From Marsupella aquatica (Eukaryota; Plantae; Marchantiophyta): a stretch of DNA of 64,000 nucleotides. Positions 14,369-27,277 of the stretch are shown here, one piece after another (the stretch's first letter is position 1; each line of letters starts with the position of its first letter). The stretch is from NCBI GenBank assembly GCA_973895155.1, contig OZ316893.1, positions 4,764,977-4,828,976 on the forward strand, in the 5' to 3' direction. A model generated the notes under the pieces. That model searched no databases. It saw nothing but the letters and a program-made list of their open reading frames with translations, and had not been told where the DNA came from. A program made the translations under genes and the position numbers.

Positions 14369-16085
14369 CTACAAGGATCTGCTAGCTGCTCGAGCTCGCC
14401 TATTACGGGCCATGTCACCACCCCTATAGTCGACTCCTCTATCATCCTCCTCAGGTGGTCTTGGGGGGCAGTCCATCATGTCCTCATCTGTCCAAATATC
14501 ATTTTGGGCCAACACATAATTGTGCAACAGAGCACATGCCCCGATCCATTTGCACATCCATACAGAGTCTTTTTCCTCATTAAGTTGAGTTCTGATTTCT
14601 CTTAAAGAGAACCACCGTGATTTCATCACCCCTATACAGTGTTCGTTGACATACCTGGTCTTGGCAATACAGGTGTTAAAATCCTCTTTTTCCTTGTGTC
14701 CAAATGTATTCTTGTAAGCTGCAACCATGTGTGGTGCATTGACATACCCACTGTCCCCATGCAGATACTGTCCGGGGTCAAAAAGCAGAGTTTCCATGAA
14801 TTTTTTCCCACAATAAGCACCTCTTGAGGCAAGTCAGGTCAGAACATGATCTTGGGTTTCCTGAGGCACACAAAGTCTGAGAACATTAGCTATTGACAAT
14901 AGTTGTACAGAAAAGGAAGAAATCAACATAAATGGAGTTCACAGGAAACTCACCGACATTAAGGAAAGTGATCTTCCTTTTATGGTCACAAACAATTTGT
15001 GCATTGATTGAATAACGTGATTTCCAGTCGAAATAACACTCCCCATGATTCTTGGGTCTCTCTGTTAATGGACATGTAGTTCCATCAATCAGGCCAAAAA
15101 AACCTTGGAGTCCTTTCTTGGCAAACTCATTCGAAAATTGGACATGCTCTGCCCTATCTGGCCATTTCAAGTAGTCCCCAAGGGTAGTAACACATCTTTA
15201 GGTGTAATTGACACAAGATCCCACACTTGTACCCCATAGAAGCAAGGTTCGTTTCAAACAAACACCGTTCCCTATATGGCCCAACCTGTCTAAACAGATG
15301 GCTAATTGCAATGAGATAGGGGCCTGTTCATGAAAAGAATCATTTTGGGGTATGACATGCGTGACAGCAAATAGGAAACAGGTTTACTGGTACCAGCAAA
15401 AATTTACTGTTACCAGAAAAATGACAATGTAAAAATATTTCCTAAAAAATCACATTAAAAAAAAAAATTGCTGACAACATTTTTTGGCTAGCTTTGGGCG
15501 CTAGCAAAAAAAACATTTTCGGCAAATAAATAAATTAAACAAAACATTTAAAAATAAATAAAAAACAAATAAAAAATTACCACTCATTTTCCTGTTACTA
15601 GTTTCTATTTCTTGTTATTGTTTGCTGTTTGCTATCGTTTGTAAATACCCCTCATTTTGAAACACAGAATACAATTCTATCAACTGAAGAAGAACAAAAA
15701 ATGCATCCTTGTCCATTCGACAAATTTGCCTAAATTCACTTTGGGGTAGGATATTTCTGAAAAATGTATCTGCAGACTCCTTAGCCCGTGGGGTTTTGGA
15801 AAGTTTCTCATAATACCTCTCACTATCTAGGAGTGAGTACAAACCTAACCACTCACCAGGTTTACCATGGACATCACACAGGTCTCCTATTCTTCCATCC
15901 TCTGAATCAGACGATGAGTCGATGTCATTATCAGAATTTGGGGACATGATACCACTGCTGACAGAGGAAGATCCTAATGATCCACTCGAGCCATAGCCAT
16001 CACTAGAGGACTCCATCATAATACTCACATACAAATGCTCACGAACCCATTTTAGGCATTGCTGCTGATTCAAAACCTTGGGCAT
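14369..16085 (-). pseudogene. Harbinger (DDE_Tnp_4 / HARBI1-like) transposase, disrupted
   Basis: Motifs FRQICRMDKDAF, QAPISLQLAICLDRLG, GLIDGTTCPL, YSINAQIVCDH, HGDSGY and NEHCIGVMKSRW. Interrupted by frameshifts and the insertion at 15347-15651. Confidence 0.93.
15347..15651. mobile_element. Small non-autonomous TIR element nested in the transposase
   Basis: Ends are GGGGTAT...ATACCCC with further imperfect TIR (agcaaa), flanked by duplicated TCATTTT. Removing it restores ...VFQNDSFHEQAPISLQLA. Confidence 0.85.
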
Positions 16086-16292
16086 TCTATTTGCAAGAGA
16101 TCATCACATAATTCATAATATGTCACTCATTCAAATGAACAGTGCACAAAGTGGAAGTGCCCAAGAGGCTTTCAATTCACAATGGAGGTACAAAATCAGA
16201 TAATTGAACAACAGTCCAATTCTGGTAATTCCAGCAGATCGAAAGCAAGTTGCATTGAGACTAGTAAACTACTTCAGAGATGGTTTGCCTGC

Positions 16293-16941
16293 CTAGTCCT
16301 CATCGTTTAGACCTGCACTTAGTATAGCCTGGCACAAATCCTTCAACAATTTTTTGGAACTGGCTGATTTTGCTCCATTTTTTGATCCTGACTTGGCCAG
16401 CGTGTGGTAAGAAGAAGATGTGGATTCAGGAGTCTTGTAGCCACGGATTGATAGTGGCAGTTGGATGACCGGGACATCCAACAATTGCAAATGCTGGACT
16501 ATGGCACACTTATCCTTAGTTCTCAGGAAAATTTTTGCTCTTTGGAGTGGTTTCCATCAAGCTTGTCAAGTACTCAATTTGTTCAGCCTCGATACATGTA
16601 CTAAATTCCAGAGCATTGCATCCAAGGAGCTCGCCAGCAGCATTCCACAAGTTCGCATGGAGAGGAGGTGTGCCTCCATGAATGGCATCAAACAAAATGA
16701 GTTTAAATCTGAATTTCAGTATGGGATCCTCGTCATGAGTGGTACAAGGTCCAAATTCAAGAGATTTGGAACAGATCAGCCCATTGTTGAGTTTGTGAGC
16801 ACATGCTTGGTATACAAACTTTCGCGGGTAAGGATTAGGAGCTACAAAATTCCCTATCCACACTCCCGCTGGCCGGAAAGATGTCATTTTGCCTGTCTGC
16901 CTACTATCCTCCACTTCAGAAAGCCTAGTCCACTCTCCCAT
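16293..16941 (-). pseudogene. RPA70 C-terminal-like Zn-binding OB-fold protein inside the Harbinger element (one frameshift)
   Basis: FVYQAC-x9-CSK-x6-CTTH...KFRFKLILFDAIHG...ANLWNAAGELLGCNALEF resembles the Rep_fac-A_C pattern (YxAC..CxKK...RYxLxxxxxDxTG...F..AExLLGxxAxEL). A frameshift near 16540 joins it to KIFLRTKDKCAIVQHLQLLDVP. Confidence 0.65.
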
Positions 16942-17004
16942 CCCTAACTGTGATGACGCAAGTTCTGTTCATGCCAATTAACAAAGTAAGGATTCGAACA
17001 GAAT

Positions 17005-17152
17005 AGAAATTTGAACAGGTCATAAGCAGCAACAAGAACTCACCAAGAAATGGAGTTGAGGCCCAACCTGAAGCTGAACAGAAATTTGAACAGGTCATAA
17101 GCAGCAACAAGAACTCACCAAGAAATGGAGTTGAGGCCCAACCTGAAGCTGA
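17005..17152 (+). repeat. Perfect 75-bp-period tandem duplication
   Basis: agaaatttgaacaggtcataagcagc...cctgaagctga occurs at 17005 and 17080. Confidence 0.95.
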
Positions 17153-18651
17153 CGTTGCCGACATCAACCCTCTGATTCCGCAATGGCTTCCCTAGGCCAA
17201 GACAGTCGAAGCATTCGCAATGGCAGTGACAGTTCCGATGGCTCTGCTTGGCCAAGACAATCAAAGCGTCCGCAATGGCAGTGGCAGCTCCGCTTGGCTC
17301 AGACAGTCAAAATCGTTCGCAATGGCAGTGGCAGCTCCTCTACGCGTATGGCGTTGTTCTCAGCTCAAGAGTGATGGCTGCTGAAGGCACTGACGATAGT
17401 GTGTTTGGGCGCATTCCAGACTAAGTGCGACGTCGGGAATGACCGTTAGGACAGAGCGCCCGTGTTCAGGAAACGGTGCAATCCCGCGGAATGACTGTAC
17501 AGCCTAACAACAAGGACTGCCGCACGTTTTTCACCCGCGTCCGGCCGAACCTATTGCGGACGTCCGTAAAAACACCGCGACCCGATATTTGAGACCCCCT
17601 AATATTCTCTTCTCCCGAAATTGACATGACAGCATCGAACATAGCATGTAGCGTGACTTACATTCAAAGGACCTCTACGGAAATGTGGTAACTTAAATAA
17701 ACCTTCACTGCAACGTGTTCAGTGATCTGTGCGTGTCAAGCAAACTGTCAAGCAAACATACAATAAAAGTGATTACCGTCACCTACAAGTCGCCAAAGTG
17801 TACTTTTGAGGCTCGTCTACTAAGTTGAGGCTTAAACAGACAAACGCCTACATTCGTATTAGCACTTGTCTGTCCAAGTAAGAAGGCTAGTAGCTCGTTG
17901 ATTTCCATCTTGCTGTCCTGAGAATGAGTGGAGTATATTAATCAAGTTTGGTTCACTGTCCATGCAATTTATAGCCTTCCGATTTGTGTTCGTTTAGACT
18001 TCGCATGCACGAAATTCTCTCTAAGCAAAGGTTTACCTGTGGTCCGCTGGAGCACGGCACAGCAAACTGCTATGAACGTTAGACTTACTTAGAGTTTCTT
18101 CCGCTTCGCAAAGAGAAAAGCTCGATTTGTTTCTTCTTCTCGTACATTCAAAAAAGTGCTTACACCCAAGTTTCAAACTTGCATAACTTGCATGCACCAG
18201 GTAATATATAAGGTTGAATAACAGCTAGCTTAGAAAGTCATGGAAAATTGAAGGCAACCATTGCATGTGACTGAATGAGAGCATGAAAAAGACGGAACGT
18301 GAGAAGGCTATCTCTACACGCATGAAATATGATCCTAGGTATCAAAATTGTACTCTCGAACATCAATTGTCTGACCTATCAACGAGCCTTTGACAAGTAT
18401 CTCTTTAATTGAGTATTCTCAACTGCCCAAAATCATCCCCTCCAAGACATGACGGCCCTAAAATTACAACCGTCCTCTTATAACTTCATGGGGTACAAAA
18501 TTATGCCCTGATCTGATGCAGATCACTTTATGGTCTGAAGATGAGAAGATACACGGCCACAATGCTAGAATGTCCTCTTCTGCTGTTCTGTCCTATTAGC
18601 TAAGAAATTGGCGATCAGTTTTGCCAATCACGGCACCCAGGTCAGAATTCA

Positions 18652-20509
<1,858 letters not shown>

Positions 20510-21789
20510 CACCGCTGCTGCTGCTCGAGAAGCAAAGCACAAAGCGGCAGGGAATTGCGAAAGAGCGAGGTCAGCTATTTCAGCTCACAGAAGGAAGCAA
20601 TCAGTTCGACGTTAACTTGATGGAGGTCTTGTCCAGAGCGAGGTCAAGTTAACGTCACTCCAGACCTTTGATTTCATAGTAAAACAAAGGTAAACATTTG
20701 CAGGGGGGGGGAGCAGATCCTATTTGAGATTGTGTCAATCCAGATCTGCAATTGGCCAAGCATTCCGCGAGTGCTAAGGGCTGCTTTCTTCAAGGCTGCC
20801 ACATGCAAGTTGGGCCTTCGGGTGAAGCACCTCCGGGAGGCCTTCTTGTTGTTTGAGCCTGTATTCAACATGTGACTAGTTGAAGCTAGGTCGAATGTTA
20901 ACTTACCTGGCAATTAACCACTTTCTAGAAAACTTTAATGATGTAAACTCTCAGGCCTGCTGCCATCACATGTGATCTTCCCCTTTCTCCCCTCCCTGCC
21001 TCCCTCCCTCCTTCCCCCTCTTGTCCTTGTTGTCAAAAGTGTGTCTTTGCAAAAATGTTCATTGCATCAATCTGTCTACTCAGACAATGTGGTAGTCAAT
21101 AAAGAAGTAGGGGATGGAAGGCGTAAATGGATAGCGAGTCCATGGGAGAGTCAGGCCATAGCTGAGGTGAGAATCAGCGTGAGGGTAGTCTAGAGGCTAG
21201 TCTAGACACAGGGGCAGGTCAAGCAAGTGTGCTTGGCAACAGAATAATCTACCAAGCCCCCCTGATGGCTTCCTTCTCTCGCTGGTCCTGAAATCTACTC
21301 CAACTGGCATGGTTTTGGGAATCCAATTGCGACAATTAGATGTCAAAAACATTAGATGACATTCACGTTACCACCTCCTTTAACTTTTTCTTCCCTATCT
21401 TTTCCCTTTCTTAGTCTGTTTTGTTCCTCTTTCTTGCATTTTTACTTTTTGCATTTTTACTCTTTGCTTCTTGTTTTCTCTCCCGACCACCTGCGTGAGT
21501 CAATGAGGACCTGTGGTGTTAGACAGGCCCATGGAGGAGTTGGGGAGTGAGGGTGGGCAGAAGTGGAGCAAAAGGGTGGGAAAAGGGCAGAAGGCCCTTA
21601 GGGTGGAGCCGAGAGGGTTTGGCAAGGAAGCGAGAGAGAAAGGGCATGAAAGGAATTCAAGAGGGATTTGACAATGACGAGTCTACGGCCATCCTATCTT
21701 ACCCTCCACCTCCATACATGCAACAACCAACTCAGAACTACTGGAACCTTAATTTAGCTTAGTTTCCTATCTTAAAAAAAAGTTGCCCC

Positions 21790-22117
21790 CTCGGGGGGGT
21801 CACTATATGGAGGGTCATACATCGCGTGCGACGTTTTAGGGTTTGACCCGCCTAACTTTAAAGTGAAAAATATTTTTTTGCAAAGCCCTTTCTTTCTTAA
21901 AATTTTGTCATTTTTTATTAAAAAACCCTTAAAAACTTTATAGAAAGTATTTTTTGCAATTAAATAGGCCTATGTGTTCTTTAAAGTCGACCAATCAATA
22001 AAACATGCCCTATGTGTTCTTCCACCAAACTTTGGAAGTCTTCCGTCACACCCATTTAAATGGGCCTATACTTCGTCGCACGTGATGTGTCACTTCCGTG
22101 GAAGTGACCCCCCCGAG
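21790..22117. mobile_element. MITE with CTCGGGGGGG termini and 8-bp TSD
   Basis: TIR of about 45 bp starting CTCGGGGGGGTCACT; perfect TSD GTTGCCCC at 21782-21789 and 22118-22125. Confidence 0.9.
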
Positions 22118-25100
22118 GTTGCCCCTCTCTTCCCCCAAAGGCCCAAGGGGTAAACCACAACCACATAACCACCGACCAAAACAAAAATATTGCCCTCTTC
22201 AAAAGTCTAAAAACCAATAATAATGCCCCCCCAAAAGATCTCCCCACCTCCTAACAAATTTTTAAATTGAAAGAGATAAAATCTTTCTAGAAAGGGGAAA
22301 AAGCTATTCCACAAAGATAAAGAACTAATTATTATCCTTTGTGGAATAGCTTTGTGGAAAGAACAGTTAGGGATAGAGAAAGAATAAAGATATATCAAAG
22401 TGCCACCAAAAAGGGAAGGAAATATGGCTGCAAGAAGATCAAAGGGGTAAAACAAGGGAAAAAGTTCCCCCTTCTTTGGACACAAATCCTTACACACTAT
22501 CCTGATTACCCTTCCTTTAACGTAAATAGAGTTGTTAACCAAAAAAATCTTGCAAAAAAATAAATTCTATGCTATCTCCTGTTTATATTAGCCTCATCCC
22601 CATGTTTTGTTCACCCTCACTTTGTCTTTATTTTGAGTCCAGTTTTGTCTTTATTTGGAGTTACTGTCTAGAGGCTTCACTCTAGACCCCCTGCAAGACC
22701 CTAGCCCTTGAAAATAGCTTATGTTCGCTATTTATTAGTAAGATCTGCTAAAGTTACCCTACACATTTGCACACTTGCTTAAGTCAAATATAGTGTGCAT
22801 GGTGCAAAAAATTGACTGAATAAATCTGAAGGTTGTCATGACTTTGAGACATGGCTCTTTTGATGGGATATTATACTGGTTGATTCCCAGATTATGGAAT
22901 CTCCATAGTGGACTATGGGGATAGCTGCATTGGAAACATCCGCCCAGATGGATCATCTCGTAGATTTATGAATAATCTACTGTAGGCCCCTAGGTAAAAC
23001 AACGTAGTCATCTTTGAGTCGAGTTTGTTTGAGATGTATTCAAATAATATCTTGCATGACTCTCATATTTTTTGGTGTCAAAGTTATTTGAGCCATCTGA
23101 TAAGGGTCAAATGTGATGTCAAACACAGAATAGTTATAGTTCTCTAGTAAAATTTCCAGGGCTGGAGGAATTCAAGTATATATTGCCAGGAACCAATGAC
23201 CTGATTAGAAGTTGTGAAGTCTTTGGTGTCCTTTCAACAAAATAAGAGGTGCACGAGCACAATTGATAGCCAGCCAGGAGTGATGAAAGCCAGCACCAGC
23301 AAAAGGAAGAAAGATAGGGAAGACCTGGGGAACCAAAGCAGGAACCAGCTCAGCACCACCAGGGAACCCCAGCAAGTTCTTTGGTGTCCTTACATCTCAC
23401 TTGCCTTAGGCATCACTTCTCATGTATGATCATTGAGTCACTTGTAATTGTCTTTCTAAAATTCATGTGGGGTCATACTCATTATTTCTATTGCTTTTAC
23501 TATGTGACATTATTGTGCGTTTCTCGTGCACCTTTTTAATCATGTGCTCCTACTTAGACAGTTTTGAGGGCCTTGAGTGTTTTCCTTCCACTTTTGAATT
23601 CATCCACTTTCTGCCTATTGAGACTTCCTTTTTAGATCCTTTTCCTAGTCTGTTGTACATTATTATTTTCCTTTATTCGCAAGGTCTTACATTCCCTACC
23701 TTGTAGATCATGGAATCTAGGCTCACTCAGCCCAAGGAACAATAGTTGAGGTACCAAAATCAAAGCATGCAATTTTGATAATAGCCCATCAGTCCGACTC
23801 CTCCTCACCTGACGACAAACCCTGACCAGCAACGGGGCTGGCACTTGGGATTCCCATAAAGGGAGGGGCACACCCACATGAAGGTGGGTGCTAGGGTGGG
23901 GGTGCGGTGCTTGCATGGTGGAGGGCAAAACAATGGGGTGTGAGTGACAACAAATGCATTATAAGAATACTAATTGAGGTTTGGAGAGGTTTGGAATTCA
24001 GGTTACTAGTGTGTAACCATTATAACCATTCTGGAGGTATTTGCTATTTCCATAATCTATTGCCTGGAAACTCCTTATGGGAAATCTTTCAAAACAGCAA
24101 TTATGTAACACAAAGTAGGGTTGGGCCTCAGCTTAAATAGCCTGAACCCTGCTCCCATAATGCTAGCTTCAGGTGCCGCCACTTAGCTCTTGCTTACATT
24201 CTGGTGATAGGGTTACAAAACTAGTCACCTCGGCCCAGACCGCCTGTATCCTGAACTTGCATTGTGGGCTAGAGATGTGCTTCTAAAATATGGTTACGTA
24301 TATGGTTAAGGACGGGAGCTCTCCCTTAATGGGATAGAAAGGCAACTGTATACGGTCGACCCGCGTATGCGGGGAGACCGTATGCGGGAGACTTTTTATC
24401 CCATTTAACGGACGGGCTCCTGTCCTTACCAAAACGTTAAGTATTGAGTTGATACCCCTGATTTGAAGTGTCGCATGCGGACTGTATGGAAGTAGCTGAG
24501 GGCCTGAGGACCTCATCAACTGGCTGCCACTGTGCTTAATGGTTGTGTCGATCACCTAGCACTGTGATGATTCTCCTGTACAGACCTCGGCGGCTCGGCG
24601 ACTTGATGCAACACAATTTTCCTGGCTGTAATTTTCAATTCATATTTGTAATCGTATTCCCCACAGCTCATACATCGCAGAGCGTCACGCAGCTGCATAA
24701 AAGAGGCACCGCATAAACACCGTATGAAATATGGAAATTTCTTAATGAGAAATAATCCGGGAAAAAGAGCCTGACGTGGCAACCTCTGAATGGAGGAAAC
24801 GAATTGAAATCAACCACTCGACCTTAACGGCTGGTTATAACGGCAGTTTAGTTAAACAAGGATGAGGGCATAATATAGGGCTCATTTCCATAAAAACCAT
24901 GGCAACTGAACAAAAGTCAAGTTCGTTTTGCTCCTGAGGCTACTCTCGAAACTGGAGTGGGGTGGGGTGCGGGGGTGTACGCCTGCTCGCCTTTTACTAG
25001 CGTCTTGAAACGGAAGAAAAGAAAGAAAGCAACAGTGGGAATCACGAGTTCCTTTCGTCCAGCTGCTACTTTGATATTTGTAGCATCGGAGGCTCCTTGA

Positions 25101-26185
25101 TGAATGATTTCTAATTTCCTACTACGTAAGTGTTATTACCATCATCTCGTTGCGAGATTATTGTGCAACAGTGACGATACCAGGGATCCTTCACTGTCAA
25201 TAATTAAAACTTTGTACTTGAACCACTCAGTCGCTCGGACAGAGATTCGATCCAGCAGTGACTCAGATATAATTAGGCTTCAACCTCGGGTCGCTCAGTT
25301 CTCAGGCATCAGGAAGATTTGAGGGGGAGCCGACAACAGATTCAATGGCTTTACACATGTGAGGGGGAGGTAACAGTAGATTCGACAGTGGATTCTATCA
25401 CTTTTAGACAATAGACGAGAAAAGGAGATTGAAATTCGAAAGTCTGGCAAATGAGATTCTTAACCGACCTTTAAAGGGTGGGGAAAATTGCAACTCTGAG
25501 GTTAACGGCCAGCCATTTCCTTCTGTCAGTCGAGGATGATGTCTTGACGTCAGGACTGTCAAACTTACTGGCGATAAATGCCACAACACCACTGTCAGGC
25601 AGCTCTTTCTGAAAGCGGTCCCCGAGCCTATAGTTGGGGATTGGCGGTCCAGACTGGAGCCAGCAGCAAGCTAGCAGCAAGCCACTGCACTTTGTAGCAA
25701 CGAGATATCTTCAAAGATCGAATTCCATAAAATCATGCCGGCATTTGGCAAAACAACCAACGGACAGTTGGTCCCGACTTTAAAAATCATTTCTGTCACA
25801 CAAGCGCACCGTTGCATCTCCCCGCCCCACCCCACCCCCTACCAGAAACCTGAGCCTCGGTTATTGTATCCTTCGCCAAATTCCTGGTGCCTGGACCGTT
25901 GAACAGTCTGGCAATGGTGTCGGCCGTACTGATGCAACTAAGAGCAGTCCAATTATTCGCCGCCATGCAGAATCCTACATAACAATGCCAGGGCCGGGAA
26001 TGGTCTATACCTCTCCTGATTAGCAGCTGCTGCAGAGTATAGCATTGTGTTTCAGAAACGAACCCAGACCATCGAGGAATGCGTCGCCTATCAGCAGCTA
26101 GCCTGATCCAGGCAGATTGTCATGCGTTGCGAACCCAACCTTCGAGATGAATTGCTCCCCCGGCCTCCTTGGCGCTAGCTCCTCC

Positions 26186-26191
26186 TATAAG
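26186..26191 (+). promoter_or_regulatory. Candidate TATA box for the HMA gene
   Basis: CCTATAAGTA lies about 460 bp upstream of the ATG. A pyrimidine-rich acceptor (ttcag at about 26569) suggests a 5'UTR intron. Confidence 0.35.
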
Positions 26192-26644
26192 TAGGCGATC
26201 CGCCCAAACATTCCATGTCATACAGCAGCCAGACTCATCGGCATTGGAGCTTCGTTAGGAAGCTGCATTGTTTGTACTGCCTGTCGGTTCGAGTCCCGGA
26301 CACATCGTAACGCAGCCACTGCCCATGCTCGCTCGTCTTTGCTACAAGTATTTTCTCTGCATTAACATTGGTGCTCATTCAACAGCCCTGGCACGTCTAC
26401 ATTCGTACAGCTGGGATAGATTCCAAAGCGAGAAAGGCAGCATTGCTCCCATTTTGGCTCATTGATTGAGAGTCCTATGTAGGAATAGTGGTCATCTAGT
26501 CATTTTCATCGCTGGGTCGACTTCTCCCTACGTCCAGCGTAGTAACCACTCTCTTTTCATTCGATTCAGGTTTACTTCAAACGGGACTTCAAGGTCAAGT
26601 TGCCTTTGTCAATTTGTTACTCGATCAGGGAGGATATTGCCAAA

Positions 26645-27277
26645 ATGATGTCCGTGAACGAGCTTTTCTACGGGAATCAGCCCACACCAACACAAATGGG
26701 AACGGCTTCCCCCGCTCAGGTGAAGCAGCAGCATGCACCGTATGGCATGCGCTCCCCTTTCTCGCATGATACCACCTTCTCGAGAGATGATCAGGATGCA
26801 GTACAGCAAGCACACAGTCGTAATTATGCCAAGTCTTCCAACCTCAATTCCTACACCTCCAGACATCAACTGGATTCTCAGCTGCCAGTCGACAGCAGAT
26901 ACACCTCTTCGGCCTACATCTCCTCTTCCGCTCGAGCTTACGACGACTCGCCCGTGTCCGTAGGTACGAATCACCGTCGATCGAACTTCAGTGCAGATTT
27001 CTCCTCCCCAAGTTACAGTCGTCGCAGCAGCCGAGGGGGCAACTCAAATCCAGTTTCGAGCTGGGTAGAGTTAAAAGTTCCCATTTGTTGCGAGGCGTGT
27101 GTGGAGAGATTAAACAGCCATCTTCTGGCCCTTCGAGGAGTGGAAACGGTGACCTGTGATCAGCGTAAGCAGAGGGTGGTTGTCAGGGGAACCGCTGCTG
27201 CAGGTGACGTACTAAAGCTGTGCAAGAAACTTTTCAAACGCTCGGAGTATTGGCGCTATCAGTATGATTGGTTGTAG
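26645..27277 (+). CDS. Heavy-metal-associated (HMA) domain protein with Ser-rich disordered N-terminus
   Basis: Intact single-exon ORF. The C-terminus VELKVPICCEACVERL...GVETVTCDQRKQRVVVRG...VLKLCKKLFKRSEYW has the CxxC HMA pattern and no terminal CaaX. Confidence 0.9.
   Translation: MMSVNELFYGNQPTPTQMGTASPAQVKQQHAPYGMRSPFSHDTTFSRDDQDAVQQAHSRNYAKSSNLNSYTSRHQLDSQLPVDSRYTSSAYISSSARAYDDSPVSVGTNHRRSNFSADFSSPSYSRRSSRGGNSNPVSSWVELKVPICCEACVERLNSHLLALRGVETVTCDQRKQRVVVRGTAAAGDVLKLCKKLFKRSEYWRYQYDWL

Larger units (their letters stand above)
11922..17599. mobile_element. PIF/Harbinger DNA transposon, full length but decayed, with three coding regions
   Basis: Left TIR GGGCCCGGTCTCAAATATAGGGTCG matches the reverse complement of the right end, GGGGGTCTCAAATATCGGGTCG. 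Flanks are TTA and TAA. A perfect 16-bp subterminal inverted repeat lies at 11952-11967 / 17479-17494. The interior holds a DDE transposase and a convergent Myb-like ORF. Confidence 0.9.

Noticed and set aside
22700-24250. Possible LINE remnants
   Set aside because: No diagnostic RT or endonuclease motif could be read with confidence.
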